Shown: one piece after another, positions 7,969 through 17,364 of the stretch
Layout of the letters: each line of letters opens with the position of its first letter
Numbering within the stretch: the stretch's first letter is position 1
Assembly (NCBI GenBank): GCA_963833575.1
Contig: CAWHXY010000006.1
Span: 1-64,000 of the forward strand
Reading direction: 5' to 3'
DNA length: 64,000 nt
From: Candidatus Bathyarchaeota archaeon
GTDB lineage: Archaea; Thermoproteota; Bathyarchaeia; Bathyarchaeales; Bathycorpusculaceae
Notes under the pieces: model-generated
What the model was told of the DNA's origin: nothing
The model's database searches: none
The model's input: the letters and a program-made list of their open reading frames with translations, nothing else
Translations under genes and position numbers: made by a program

Positions 7969-8823
7969 ATGGGTAAAATCGGCAAAACTTTCGCTCTCTT
8001 TCTAACTCTAATTATCGCTATGTCATGCCTAACTGTGCTTATAATCAAACCTACCAATGCTCAGAGTATACCAACCCTTTCTACTCCACAATTTACTATC
8101 AAGTTTGTAAATGCCTCCTATACTTCAACAACCACAAATTCCTATACTGGTCAAAGTCAAACTCAACTTATCAATAATAACTCAATTGAAATAACGATTA
8201 AGAACCAACCTTTCGATTACTCAAACAACGGTTTACCTTATCAAATATACTTTAATGTACGTGTCGAACCGCATTTCTCAAACAAAGATAACTGGACAGA
8301 AGTTTATCCGTTAGAAAACTTGACAAGTTCACAGGCTAGCGGAAACGGTTTTCCTTATGCATGGTATTTGCTTCCTGAGTCGCCCCCACAATCAAATCAG
8401 GACTATACTACAATTGCATTCCCTGTTATTCCAACTGAGGTTTATGGGGCTTCTGGCTATGATGTTTTGAGAGCAGACACAGGGCATAATGCTTGGTTAC
8501 CTGATTTTCTTGATGCTATTCCAAGCGGTGCTCAACTTGATTTCCAAGTACAGGCATTAGTTGGACATAATTCTACGTACTGGTATATTCAACATCCCTT
8601 TACGCCTACTTATGGTGGATATTCTGCTCCTGCTACTGCATATGATTCAGCAAGTGGATGGAGTAACTCACAAACAATAACAATAGGAGAAACAACTTCT
8701 AATTCACCAAGTCCATCTCCAACTGTTCCAGAGTTATCTTGGTCAGCAATTTTGCCAATGTTCTTTGCCTTGGTCTCTGTTGCTTTAATGCTTAGGCGTC
8801 GAAATAAGGCTAGTTACCAGTAA
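7969..8823 (+). CDS. secreted protein with PEF-like C-terminal sorting signal (antisense moron)
   Basis: Signal peptide; S/P/T linker; VPELSW + TM + RRRNK tail resembling archaeosortase-type PEF-CTERM. Confidence 0.8.
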   Translation: MGKIGKTFALFLTLIIAMSCLTVLIIKPTNAQSIPTLSTPQFTIKFVNASYTSTTTNSYTGQSQTQLINNNSIEITIKNQPFDYSNNGLPYQIYFNVRVEPHFSNKDNWTEVYPLENLTSSQASGNGFPYAWYLLPESPPQSNQDYTTIAFPVIPTEVYGASGYDVLRADTGHNAWLPDFLDAIPSGAQLDFQVQALVGHNSTYWYIQHPFTPTYGGYSAPATAYDSASGWSNSQTITIGETTSNSPSPSPTVPELSWSAILPMFFALVSVALMLRRRNKASYQ

Positions 8824-9206
8824 ACGTCATGTTCTCTCACGACCAGGCAGTGACAGTTGGGATGCAAATTCACCGCAAAAGTGTCATCATCAAGCCATTC
8901 GCCCCAGGGAAACATATCTAAGAGCTCATCAGGGTCTTTCAGCTCGTAAGTGTCGGTTTTGTTGTCATCGCAGTTGTGGCAAAGATTAGGGCTAGGCGCT
9001 AACCCCTCAGTTACATATCGCCAAACGGTATATCGAATTGCAGGGTTAACAACAGCGGCTTTTAAGCCAACTCCAGCTAAAACAGGCGTATTAAGAAGTC
9101 CAGCAACTTCAATTGCCTCAAATAGAACCGCTTCAGGAAGAGGAAGCGATAATTTCTGCGACAAGATAATTCTTTCCATCCTTGTTGAAAGTTGCTTGAT
9201 TCCCAA
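8814..9206 (-). CDS. phage minor head protein (Mu gpF/SPP1 gp7-like C-terminal domain)
   Basis: CHNC...LHPNCHC motif immediately after portal. Confidence 0.7.
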   Translation of the reverse strand: MGIKQLSTRMERIILSQKLSLPLPEAVLFEAIEVAGLLNTPVLAGVGLKAAVVNPAIRYTVWRYVTEGLAPSPNLCHNCDDNKTDTYELKDPDELLDMFPWGEWLDDDTFAVNLHPNCHCLVVREHDVYW

Positions 9207-10542
9207 ACTTGTTTCCTGACTGATTTAATTGCGGCTTAGGTGCAGGTAGAGGATTTGAGTCTTGAGGCATCTCTTTTGGCAAGCCAACAGCAACTCGCCA
9301 TTCACTAATTCTGGCTGCATTTGCTTGAACAAGAGTCGCATAAATTGCTGACTTCTCCTGTAAACTTGGCTCCCAAATCGGCTTCCACTTAATATGCGGA
9401 ACCTCAGTGCCCTCCCCAAATTTGGCTTCAACAAGCCGAGTAAAATGCATCGTCTCGACATCGTCGCCCATGATTTCTTGAAGCATTCGCAGTCGGGTAA
9501 CGAATTCCTGCATTACTATATCGGCTGTTGCACGATTTGTCCCGGATGGCTCGCCTAAGAAGATTTCAGGCACGCCCAAAATGGCTTTTCTTTGGCGCTC
9601 TAAGTAATTCATCCAGGGCTCAAAATTCAGAGTGCGCGTTAAGGATTGAACTTGGTCAACTGTGACGTCTCCTCGGACAAAAACATCTGTATTGGGTCTG
9701 CGATCGCTAAAAGCTTCCATTAGGGTACCAAGTTGCGTATCGTTGAAGGGGCGCTCCGGAGTGCCTGCTTTCACGACAAGCATTGGCTTAAGGTAAACGC
9801 CGACTATAGTTGCCATGTCCCGCTCATAAGAGTCAATGTAGGCTTGATTTAGAATTAATGGCCTAATTTCGCTTGTTCCGTAAATTGCTTCATACCAGTT
9901 ACTTTTCGGCTCATTTTTAAAATGCATAATTTCCTGAGCAGTAAAAGGCACAGGCGGAAAAGTCAACAGTTGAATATAGCCAAAAACGTTGCCATATTCA
10001 TCTCGGCGAACGCGCATGTGAACTGGATCCAGCCCTTTAAGCCACCACAGTTCAGGAGGCACACTTTCGTCACTGCAGAGTTCTTGGTAGGCATTGCCAT
10101 AAACCATCATATCCCAAGCAACTACGCGGAGGGTTTGCAGAAAATTATGTTTATCGCACCAATCCATCAGCCAAGTGCGAACATCTTCATCGCCGCCTTC
10201 AAGTTCAAACCCGTTGCTGATGGCCATGTTAGCTTTAACCCGAATAGAAGCAGCCACATAGGGGACTCTTGTTGCTAAATCCTTGTATTTTGCCAAATCT
10301 TCAACTGGGGTAACTCCCCAAACTAGATCCCAAATTGCCGTATAAGGCTGAGAAACAAAGCCGGCTCCACTTGCTGGCTGCTTATATTTACTGTTAATAT
10401 AGCTGTAGAGTTCGCCATCGGTTCGCCAGCTGAAGGGAATTTGCTCCTGCATTTGCTGAGTACTAACATCAAGTGAAACGTTCCGATCTGTGCCGGAAAC
10501 GGTGATACTAATACTACTGCGAGCAGGCATAAGAAAAATCAC
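9133..10542 (-). CDS. portal protein
   Basis: YGNAYQEL, LDPVHMRVRRDEYG, EIMHFK...IYGTSEI, ILGVPEIFLG...NRATA portal motifs. Confidence 0.9.
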   Translation of the reverse strand: MIFLMPARSSISITVSGTDRNVSLDVSTQQMQEQIPFSWRTDGELYSYINSKYKQPASGAGFVSQPYTAIWDLVWGVTPVEDLAKYKDLATRVPYVAASIRVKANMAISNGFELEGGDEDVRTWLMDWCDKHNFLQTLRVVAWDMMVYGNAYQELCSDESVPPELWWLKGLDPVHMRVRRDEYGNVFGYIQLLTFPPVPFTAQEIMHFKNEPKSNWYEAIYGTSEIRPLILNQAYIDSYERDMATIVGVYLKPMLVVKAGTPERPFNDTQLGTLMEAFSDRRPNTDVFVRGDVTVDQVQSLTRTLNFEPWMNYLERQRKAILGVPEIFLGEPSGTNRATADIVMQEFVTRLRMLQEIMGDDVETMHFTRLVEAKFGEGTEVPHIKWKPIWEPSLQEKSAIYATLVQANAARISEWRVAVGLPKEMPQDSNPLPAPKPQLNQSGNKFGNQATFNKDGKNYLVAEIIASSS

Positions 10543-10546
10543 TCAC

Positions 10547-10762
10547 TTATGGTTTAGGCGCGTTTGAAACAGGCTTTTTAACTGTAATGAGTAGCGTATC
10601 CAAGACGTAATGTTCCAGGATATCTTTGCCATTAACGTAAATATGCAGGTCCGAAGGCTTCGCTGTTATTTCTACGCCTAAAGCTTGCACTATCTTTTTA
10701 GCAGGATCAGTCGGTCTATCATCTGCGCTGAAGAGTTCTTTTTCGTTTTCAGGAACATCCAT
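10547..10762 (-). CDS. hypothetical proviral protein
   Basis: 71-aa ORF between TerL and portal. Confidence 0.55.
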   Translation of the reverse strand: MDVPENEKELFSADDRPTDPAKKIVQALGVEITAKPSDLHIYVNGKDILEHYVLDTLLITVKKPVSNAPKP

Positions 10763-10782
10763 AATTAATCACTGTGAATTTT

Positions 10783-10896
10783 TCATTTTTTGTACCAGGA
10801 ATTGTGAGAATTCAAAAACTCTTGAGAACATAGAATGGCTTTGCAATCTGCAGCAGTTAGTACTTCAACAGTTTTGCCTTCACGAATAATTTTCAT
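10783..10896 (-). CDS. small hypothetical protein (37 aa)
   Basis: MKIIREGKTVEVLTAADCKAILCSQEFLNSHNSWYKK starts 6 bp after the reconstructed TerL stop. Confidence 0.35.
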   Translation of the reverse strand: MKIIREGKTVEVLTAADCKAILCSQEFLNSHNSWYKK

Positions 10897-10901
10897 AAAT
10901 T

Positions 10902-12259
10902 TTAATGTCTTATGAAGCCCGCACACTTCCCGGGCGGAGCACTTGAATTCAAAATGTTAATGGCGCCGCTGCAGGCGTCAATTTGATCGTCATGTTCACC
11001 TTCAGGGAATGCTTCAGCTTCATCAAGAAACTCGCTGATCCAATCTCCCCGCACCAAAAAGACTTGCCATTTTCAGCCGCCGTACTGAAGGGTCCTGCTC
11101 TTACTTCTTTGCTTCCGGTCGGGCGCTCACTTCGAAACATAAAGCCTTGCAGGATTTCTCGGGCATAGTAATCAGCTGCAATTTTGCCGCTTGAGCCGCC
11201 TTCCTCTTCCATCCAAACCTCTTGATCTCGACCATCAAGCTGAGCAACAGTTTTGATCTTGTCTGCAGTGCCCTTGGGGGTCTTCTGGAAATGCTCCAGA
11301 CCAAAAATATAATATTGCCCTTGACAGACGCCGATTAAAGCGCCAGCCGTCCAGTCAGGATCTTTGCCCTTCGCCGGTTCGGAGCTTGCCAAATCCCAAT
11401 AACGAACCTTAAAGATATCTGTCGGCGCTTGGGCTTTTTCAATTATTGTGAACCAGGAGCGGTTGAACATTTTGCCGACTGCTGCATCCCAGCTGCCCTC
11501 AAGCAGCTGCTTGCGTGTAGTTGAATCTAGGGCTTGAAGCCGTTTAATATAACTTGCTTGGTCAATGTGCGGGTTATCCTGCAACCTCGCAGGCACAAAA
11601 ACTCTTCCATATTTTTCACCTTCCACAATAAACCGCTGCTTAACCCAAGCATGCCCCAGGCCGCCCGGGTTAGATGCTCCCCACAACCGCAAAGGCACTG
11701 GAAAATTGTCTGGCCGACGCAACCGACTGTTCAAGTAAACATATTGGGTCTCGCTAAACTGGGTTAGTTCATCTGGGAATATGCCTATGAATTCTGCGCC
11801 TTGATAACGATATTTGTCGGTTTCTGACTCAAGGTAGCCAAATTGTACTTTGGCGCCGCTTGGAAAGGTCCAACAGTGCTGAATCTCGTTCCAACGTGCG
11901 TCAGTGTCTTGTAGCCATTCTTTGCTTCGATCCATCAGTGCACCGGGAAGCGCTAAATCCCGATAAGTGCGCCTTAAAATCAAAGCTGTATAATGTGAAA
12001 ACTCTACATATTGCAAAGCCGCCATTAAGAGTGCTGAACTTTTACCTGGTCCTGCTGCCCCGCCAAATAACGCTTCAGTAGCACCGCAGGTCAGAAATTC
12101 AATTTGTTTTGGCGTTGGCTTCTGAATAATGTAGGGATTGTTAAGGATTGTTCTCTGGAATATTTTCCGTTGAAGTTCCTCTTCGCGATTGGATGATTGC
12201 GTCGTATTCGGCAAGGATTTCGAATGTTTCTTTGATGTCAGTTGTGGGGTTGGTAACAT
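10902..12259 (-). pseudogene. terL: terminase large subunit, frameshifted near the C-terminus (~11056-11065)
   Basis: Walker A GGAAGPGKS, Walker B IFPDELTQF, ASNPGG coupling motif, RYWDLA nuclease motif; conserved tail VFLVRGDWISEFLDEAEAFPEGEHDDQIDA lies in the -1 frame. Confidence 0.85.
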
Positions 12260-12806
12260 TTTGCTGAATCAGAACCGCAGGTTGAATTTGTTTTGGTAGT
12301 TGACCTAAACTCTGTTTAAGCTCAACTTCAGCTTTGATAGAATCAATAAACTTGCCAATAGCACCTACACGTGCATTGGGAGACTTGCATGTTTTCATCA
12401 TGTACAAGGCTTCTTCACGAGCAAGCTGCAACAAATTAAGCTGTTTCTTTCCGTCTTCATGAGCCTGCTGTGCTTCCCAAATAAATGGCTCCCAAATTTC
12501 ACGTTTCGCTAAATCGTTAAGCAACGCTTTCACAGTGCAATCAAATTCTTCCGCAATCTGCTCAAGACTAGTATGATTCAGACGATCGCTATAATGTGCT
12601 ATTAACATTGTTTTGCGTCGACGAAAAAGCTGCAGATTCATTCGAACGATAGGTTCTTTTGGGTGTTTATCCCTCGCGCCGTACTGATCTGCCGTTTTCA
12701 GGGTTTTTTCAGCAGACTCCAAGTTTGTTTCTGAGTTAAGTTTTTCAAGATTTACGGCATCTTTGCTTTCTTGTTCAGTTGGAATCGACATAACTTCACT
12801 CTGCAT
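12141..12806 (-). CDS. putative terminase small subunit
   Basis: HTH-like SLEQIAEEFDCT, helical oligomerisation region, overlaps the TerL start. Confidence 0.6.
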   Translation of the reverse strand: MQSEVMSIPTEQESKDAVNLEKLNSETNLESAEKTLKTADQYGARDKHPKEPIVRMNLQLFRRRKTMLIAHYSDRLNHTSLEQIAEEFDCTVKALLNDLAKREIWEPFIWEAQQAHEDGKKQLNLLQLAREEALYMMKTCKSPNARVGAIGKFIDSIKAEVELKQSLGQLPKQIQPAVLIQQNVTNPTTDIKETFEILAEYDAIIQSRRGTSTENIPENNP

Positions 12807-12807
12807 T

Positions 12808-12972
12808 TTAGCTTTCTTGGTTGTGGCTCTGAATTATAATTTCCATTGTGCGGATTCTATTCTCGATTGCAGCGTCTATGTCTTCGAGCAGAATTGTTTG
12901 CATCCACTCAGGCATCGCTACTACTCTGGCGAAGGCTTTCTTTATTTTTTCAATAAATTCTTCTGGTTCCAT
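12808..12972 (-). CDS. small hypothetical protein (54 aa)
   Basis: MEPEEFIEKIKKAFARVVAMPEWMQTILLEDIDAAIENRIRTMEIIIQSHNQES; stop 1 bp before the TerS start. Confidence 0.55.
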   Translation of the reverse strand: MEPEEFIEKIKKAFARVVAMPEWMQTILLEDIDAAIENRIRTMEIIIQSHNQES

Positions 12973-12997
12973 TTTTTTAACCTCAGTTACGAGAAGT

Positions 12998-13483
12998 TTA
13001 TCTCAGGTTTTTTGCTGAAACATACTTTAAGGAGACTGTCAAACGGCATCTACTGTTAGAGCGAACCAGTTCTCGATTTATCCGGGTGTCTCCTTTTCCG
13101 TGGCTGCCATGTCCAACACGCTTGATTATCCAGTTACCGAGATTTCCCCGTACCAACTGGGGATTGCTTGTGACCAAATAAAATGGCAAACTACTCTGAG
13201 ATGAATAAAGTTCAGCCATGAAATTCAACAGACGTTTTCCAATGCCTATGCCCTGATAATCGGGCAAGACTACAAGACGGCTAACGCGATAATAGTTTGC
13301 CAACATATGCACATGTGCGACTGCAATAAAGGCGACAGGTTTCTGCTGATAAAGTGTTGCATAGCATTTGACGCCGGCGCCAAGCTGTCCGTTTAGATAG
13401 TGATATGGCCTAAAGATCTGCCACATGGAATTGCTGCATTTATGAACTGAGAGCTCAATTGCTGGGTGGCTAACTTTTTTTTT
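12998..13483 (-). CDS. GNAT/Mom-like acetyltransferase domain (probably fused to the upstream ATPase by a -1 shift)
   Basis: WQIFRPYHYL, RVSRLVVLPDYQGIGIG acetyl-CoA motif, TSNP; no convincing independent start. Confidence 0.8.
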   Translation of the reverse strand, partial: KKKVSHPAIELSVHKCSNSMWQIFRPYHYLNGQLGAGVKCYATLYQQKPVAFIAVAHVHMLANYYRVSRLVVLPDYQGIGIGKRLLNFMAELYSSQSSLPFYLVTSNPQLVRGNLGNWIIKRVGHGSHGKGDTRINRELVRSNSRCRLTVSLKYVSAKNLR

Positions 13484-14076
13484 ATAAACTCCATGGAGTC
13501 TGTGCAGAAAACCCAATCAGGCTCTAACCAATCAATAACGTCATAGTGGCATGTGACTGCTATGAACTTCTTGTTTGATCTTCGAACAGCTTTGCTGATT
13601 GCGTAGGCGCTGACTTTTGCAATCTCGCGATCAACAACGCTTGTGAATTCATCAAAGACGATAAGGTTTTGATCTAAACTCAATGCCCTTGCAATGTCTA
13701 CGCGCATTTTCTCGCCTTGGCTGAGTACTTCATAGTTTTTGAGCCAATCGGGAGGAGATGCAAAACCTACACTGCAGAGGTTTTTGGTTATGTCGTTTAC
13801 CTGTAGGCCTGCTGGAAAATCATCTAATATTGATTCATGGTGATAGTCGAAGCCTTTGATGTAGCTCTCTGGGAAAAGGGTTTTGGCGATGCTGGTTTTG
13901 CCTGTGCCACTTCGACCCACTATGACGCCTATTTGCCAGGATTCATTTTCGATTGGCAGCTCCCCAACAAAATGCTTCTCCATTTTGCAATCTGTTAGTG
14001 TGAAGCTTCCGATTACGGATTGAGCTCGAAAACTCTCAGGTTTAGTCCAGGTTTTTACAAACTCAAAACGCGGCAT
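13393..14076 (-). CDS. soluble ABC-type ATPase (phage-associated)
   Basis: Walker A GRSGTGKT, signature LSQGEK, Walker B VFDEFTSVVDR, H-switch VTCHYD; no TM partner. Confidence 0.85.
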   Translation of the reverse strand: MPRFEFVKTWTKPESFRAQSVIGSFTLTDCKMEKHFVGELPIENESWQIGVIVGRSGTGKTSIAKTLFPESYIKGFDYHHESILDDFPAGLQVNDITKNLCSVGFASPPDWLKNYEVLSQGEKMRVDIARALSLDQNLIVFDEFTSVVDREIAKVSAYAISKAVRRSNKKFIAVTCHYDVIDWLEPDWVFCTDSMEFIKKKLATQQLSSQFINAAIPCGRSLGHITI

Positions 14077-14597
14077 TTGTAACCTTCACCAATTAATTTG
14101 TTGTAGATTGCTTCTTGTTGGGTTTCGTCTTCGCATTCGATTACTACTTCAAATGATTCGTCGAAGTTGACGCTTTTTTCTTCTTGACTCAAGGCGTTAG
14201 TTAGTTTGTCGTCTGAGAGCATGAGGAGGTATTTGAGGTCGTCTTCTTTTCCAGCTTCTATGATGCGTTCGTACTCTGCCTGGTCAAGCTCTTTTTGGTG
14301 TTCGCCTTTGAGTTTGTTTAGAACTTGCCTTAGTAGCCGACGATCTACATCTTCGACGGGCAATCGGATAACGGAAACTTCAGTCATGCCCAAAGCTTTT
14401 GCAGCTGTATAGCGCTGTTCGCCATCAGCGATTAAGAGGTCCTTGTTAGTGATGATGGGAATAATAAAGCCCCATTTTTTGATAGAAGCCTTAAGCCGTT
14501 CGAGCTGCTCTTTGCCCATTTTGTTTGGGTTCTGCCCATCAGTCTTAATATCGCTGACATTTACGGTTTCAGCAGACGGAATATTAATCGACATCAC
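14055..14597 (-). CDS. ParB/Srx N-terminal domain protein
   Basis: NPNKM...LKASIKKWGFIIPII...ADGEQRY ParB-like motifs; overlaps the ATPase start. Confidence 0.8.
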   Translation of the reverse strand: MMSINIPSAETVNVSDIKTDGQNPNKMGKEQLERLKASIKKWGFIIPIITNKDLLIADGEQRYTAAKALGMTEVSVIRLPVEDVDRRLLRQVLNKLKGEHQKELDQAEYERIIEAGKEDDLKYLLMLSDDKLTNALSQEEKSVNFDESFEVVIECEDETQQEAIYNKLIGEGYKCRVLSL

Positions 14598-14869
14598 TTC
14601 ACCAAAATTCTTTCAATCAAAATTATGGCCAAGCTAACCAGCCCAATGAGACTAGCGCTGCCTAAAGCGATTAGAATTTTCTGAGTAACCTCAAGTTGCT
14701 GCACCTTAGCTACCAACCCCGATTGGAAATCCTCACCTACTAGAGCATTTTCTATTCGGTTAACTTGCGCCGTATTGGTGTGGATTGCTGTTATGTATGG
14801 GCAAGTGGGGTTCTTGTTAGCATCTGGACATATCTCGGCAGCTTCTATTTTTTCTTGGTTTGTGTCCAT
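14594..14869 (-). CDS. small coiled-coil protein with C-terminal TM helix
   Basis: VNRIENALVG...GLVAKVQQLE then one hydrophobic helix. Confidence 0.55.
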   Translation of the reverse strand: MDTNQEKIEAAEICPDANKNPTCPYITAIHTNTAQVNRIENALVGEDFQSGLVAKVQQLEVTQKILIALGSASLIGLVSLAIILIERILVK

Positions 14870-14885
14870 TTATCTTGCCTCAAGA

Positions 14886-15170
14886 TTAAAGTTCTATTAA
14901 TTGAAAAGCGCCTTCGCCGCTCGGATTACTAATAACTAGTCCAGGCTCCACTATAGGTACTGCTTCAGCTACGGGCTGCCCAAAAGTTAAAGCTAAATGA
15001 TAAGTAATGTCATCAATTGTATCTAAGCAAACAGACTCTCCTTTGACCCTGTCGAAGAAAGCATTATCTCGAACAAACTGACGAGAATGTTTTTGTTGAA
15101 TCCTAAATTCTAAAGATTTAGAACTTCGTCTACCGCGTTTATGATTCATGCTAACAAGCCGCACTCCCAA
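14886..15170 (-). CDS. hypothetical proviral protein
   Basis: Co-oriented ORF heading the late operon; no motif recognised. Confidence 0.45.
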   Translation of the reverse strand: MGVRLVSMNHKRGRRSSKSLEFRIQQKHSRQFVRDNAFFDRVKGESVCLDTIDDITYHLALTFGQPVAEAVPIVEPGLVISNPSGEGAFQLIEL

Positions 15171-15492
15171 CTTTTGGGTGAAGGGGGCGAAAACTGAAAC
15201 AAATAGGAGCTATCGCTCACCGCCTAATATCGAGCGCAGTAGATATAGCATGTTTCTTAAAAAACTATCTGTCAAGCATTAAACTGAAAAAAGCAAGAAT
15301 CAAATGCGTGGAGTTTCAGGCAACAGCGCTAGCCCTTTCCATATGTCTTTAATAAGCGATTCAACCCCCCCATAATGTCGATTTCGCGGAAAGGGTGACA
15401 ATTCAAACGCATTTACATTAGGTGCAGGGAATGATTGGTTATCTATTCAAACGTTGAAAATAAACCTATAACTTATTTGCTTGTTACGTTGA

Positions 15493-16857
15493 TTATCCAT
15501 AAGCTGCAAGCTGTAGGTCGGATGCTACGAACACTTTATTATCAGATATAATCGGTGGCAAAACATAGTGGTCAAAATGTTGATTTCTTGCAAAGTTTCC
15601 TGTTGACGCATCGAAAACCCATAAAGCATTATTCTCATTTAAAAACACTGAATCTCTGTTGACAACTAAACCAGCAGAAAATCCGTAAAATACGCCGCTG
15701 TCTTCTATTTGTCTATCCCACATAAGTTTTCCAGTGGCCAAATCAAGGCTGCATAATGTTGCTAAATAATGATCATGCTTATTCTCGCTCGTTGTTCCAA
15801 GTTGCTGAATAACGCCAAAACTCCAGTAGATTCTATTGTTTTGAGGATCAACTTGTATTGGATAAGTAACAAGAGTGTTGCTATCGTTAACCATTGGAAA
15901 AATGCTTTGATTATCAACTTTCGTTTTGGATACTACTGTACTGCTACGTAAGTCGAGCGCATAAAAGTTGCCATCTGATGCTCCAAAGTAAAGAACCCAT
16001 TTATACAGAGTTGGCTGGTAAATTGACGACCCAATATCAATGCTCCAAAGACTAACACCAGAAGTATCATTGAAACTTTGTATTTGGTTACCGTTCTCTA
16101 TTACAACTTGCCCTTGATAGGTTGCTAAGACACTTGGAATTCCGCTAAATATGCTGACATTAGCATGCCAAAAAATGCTGCCATTATCCGTATTTAGTTT
16201 AAAAATATTTGGGCTTGACTCATTGCCACCTAAGGCATATAATACGTTACCATTAAACGCGTCGCCTACCAATGGAAAACCACTTGCCCACCAAGTATTC
16301 GAATCGGTTATGTTACCAAAACTATCATAACCGTAATAGTAAGATGCTTGCCAAAGAAACTGTCCAGTGGTTGCATTATGAGAAGTAACATCTGGGCTTA
16401 CTCCTTCCGTAAGTGTTAATACTTGGCCGTCATTAACGATTATGTTATCTGGAGCTAATGCATGGTCTACGTCGCTTATGAAGCTCCATTGAAACAGTCC
16501 GTTAGACTCATTTAAGCAGCCGACTGAAGCATCCCTATACCCACCGTAAACTCTTCCATCTGATATTGTGATGTCAGCAGCGAAATAACCGCCTACACTG
16601 TTACCGTTCCAGATGGAATTGCCGTTCTTGCCATCGTAGCTGTTAACGTTTCCTGAAATATCCATTGTAAACACTTGTCCGTTATCAGTAGCCAATCCAG
16701 TAGCAAAGTTTTGGATGGAGCGTTGCCAAAGAATCCCCGAGCCGTCGGGATTTTTGACATAATTTGCATAAATTAATAATGAAGAAACAGTTATGACTGC
16801 GATTAAGCCTATGGCTATTACCGACAAGGTACGCTTAGTCATCTTTCGCCCCCTCAT
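15493..16857 (-). CDS. PQQ-like beta-propeller repeat protein, N-terminal membrane anchor
   Basis: Repeated LYFGASDGNFYALD / G..LW Trp-docking motifs; hydrophobic N-terminus. Confidence 0.85.
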   Translation of the reverse strand: MRGRKMTKRTLSVIAIGLIAVITVSSLLIYANYVKNPDGSGILWQRSIQNFATGLATDNGQVFTMDISGNVNSYDGKNGNSIWNGNSVGGYFAADITISDGRVYGGYRDASVGCLNESNGLFQWSFISDVDHALAPDNIIVNDGQVLTLTEGVSPDVTSHNATTGQFLWQASYYYGYDSFGNITDSNTWWASGFPLVGDAFNGNVLYALGGNESSPNIFKLNTDNGSIFWHANVSIFSGIPSVLATYQGQVVIENGNQIQSFNDTSGVSLWSIDIGSSIYQPTLYKWVLYFGASDGNFYALDLRSSTVVSKTKVDNQSIFPMVNDSNTLVTYPIQVDPQNNRIYWSFGVIQQLGTTSENKHDHYLATLCSLDLATGKLMWDRQIEDSGVFYGFSAGLVVNRDSVFLNENNALWVFDASTGNFARNQHFDHYVLPPIISDNKVFVASDLQLAAYG

Positions 16858-17350
16858 GGGTTTCTATGGTAGTAATCTTTAAAGGCTTTTGCACATTGCT
16901 CAGGCGTTCAATACGCTTTGGGTTTAGCTTACGGTATAATGCTACTCCCTCCAGTAAGAAGAGAGCCATGGCTACTCCAGTCATGCCTGTTAAAAAGTAG
17001 AAGCTGATTTGAACTACAAAGCCCTTTATTAGAGCGCTGAGCAATATTATTGTTATCTCGGCTGCGAAAGCTCCGAGAAAAAATAGGGAGTAGAACATCA
17101 ACCGTGGCACGAGGTTTCGTCCAACCCACACGTGCCCCTTGATGCTCGTCTTCTCCCTTAGAATGTAATCGCCGTACAGGTTTTTTTCGATTAAGCCCAT
17201 GTCTTCAAGTTTCTGTAGGTGTCTGGATGCGACGCTTGTATTACTAATGTTGGCTCCTCTAGTTACTTCTCTTGTACCAACTGGCTTTGCAGCGTGGACT
17301 ATGTACGCATAGACCGTTAATGTGTTGCCTTCGAGTTCACCGTTAGCCAC
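16835..17350 (-). CDS. winged-HTH transcription regulator with two C-terminal TM helices
   Basis: VGTREVTRGANISNTSVASRHLQKLEDMGLIEK wHTH followed by two hydrophobic helices. Confidence 0.8.
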   Translation of the reverse strand: MANGELEGNTLTVYAYIVHAAKPVGTREVTRGANISNTSVASRHLQKLEDMGLIEKNLYGDYILREKTSIKGHVWVGRNLVPRLMFYSLFFLGAFAAEITIILLSALIKGFVVQISFYFLTGMTGVAMALFLLEGVALYRKLNPKRIERLSNVQKPLKITTIETHEGAKDD

Positions 17351-17364
17351 TTTATGCCAACAAC

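Noticed and set aside
13393-14076. ABC transporter
   Set aside because: No permease or binding protein; the ParB/GNAT/terminase context indicates a non-transport ATPase.
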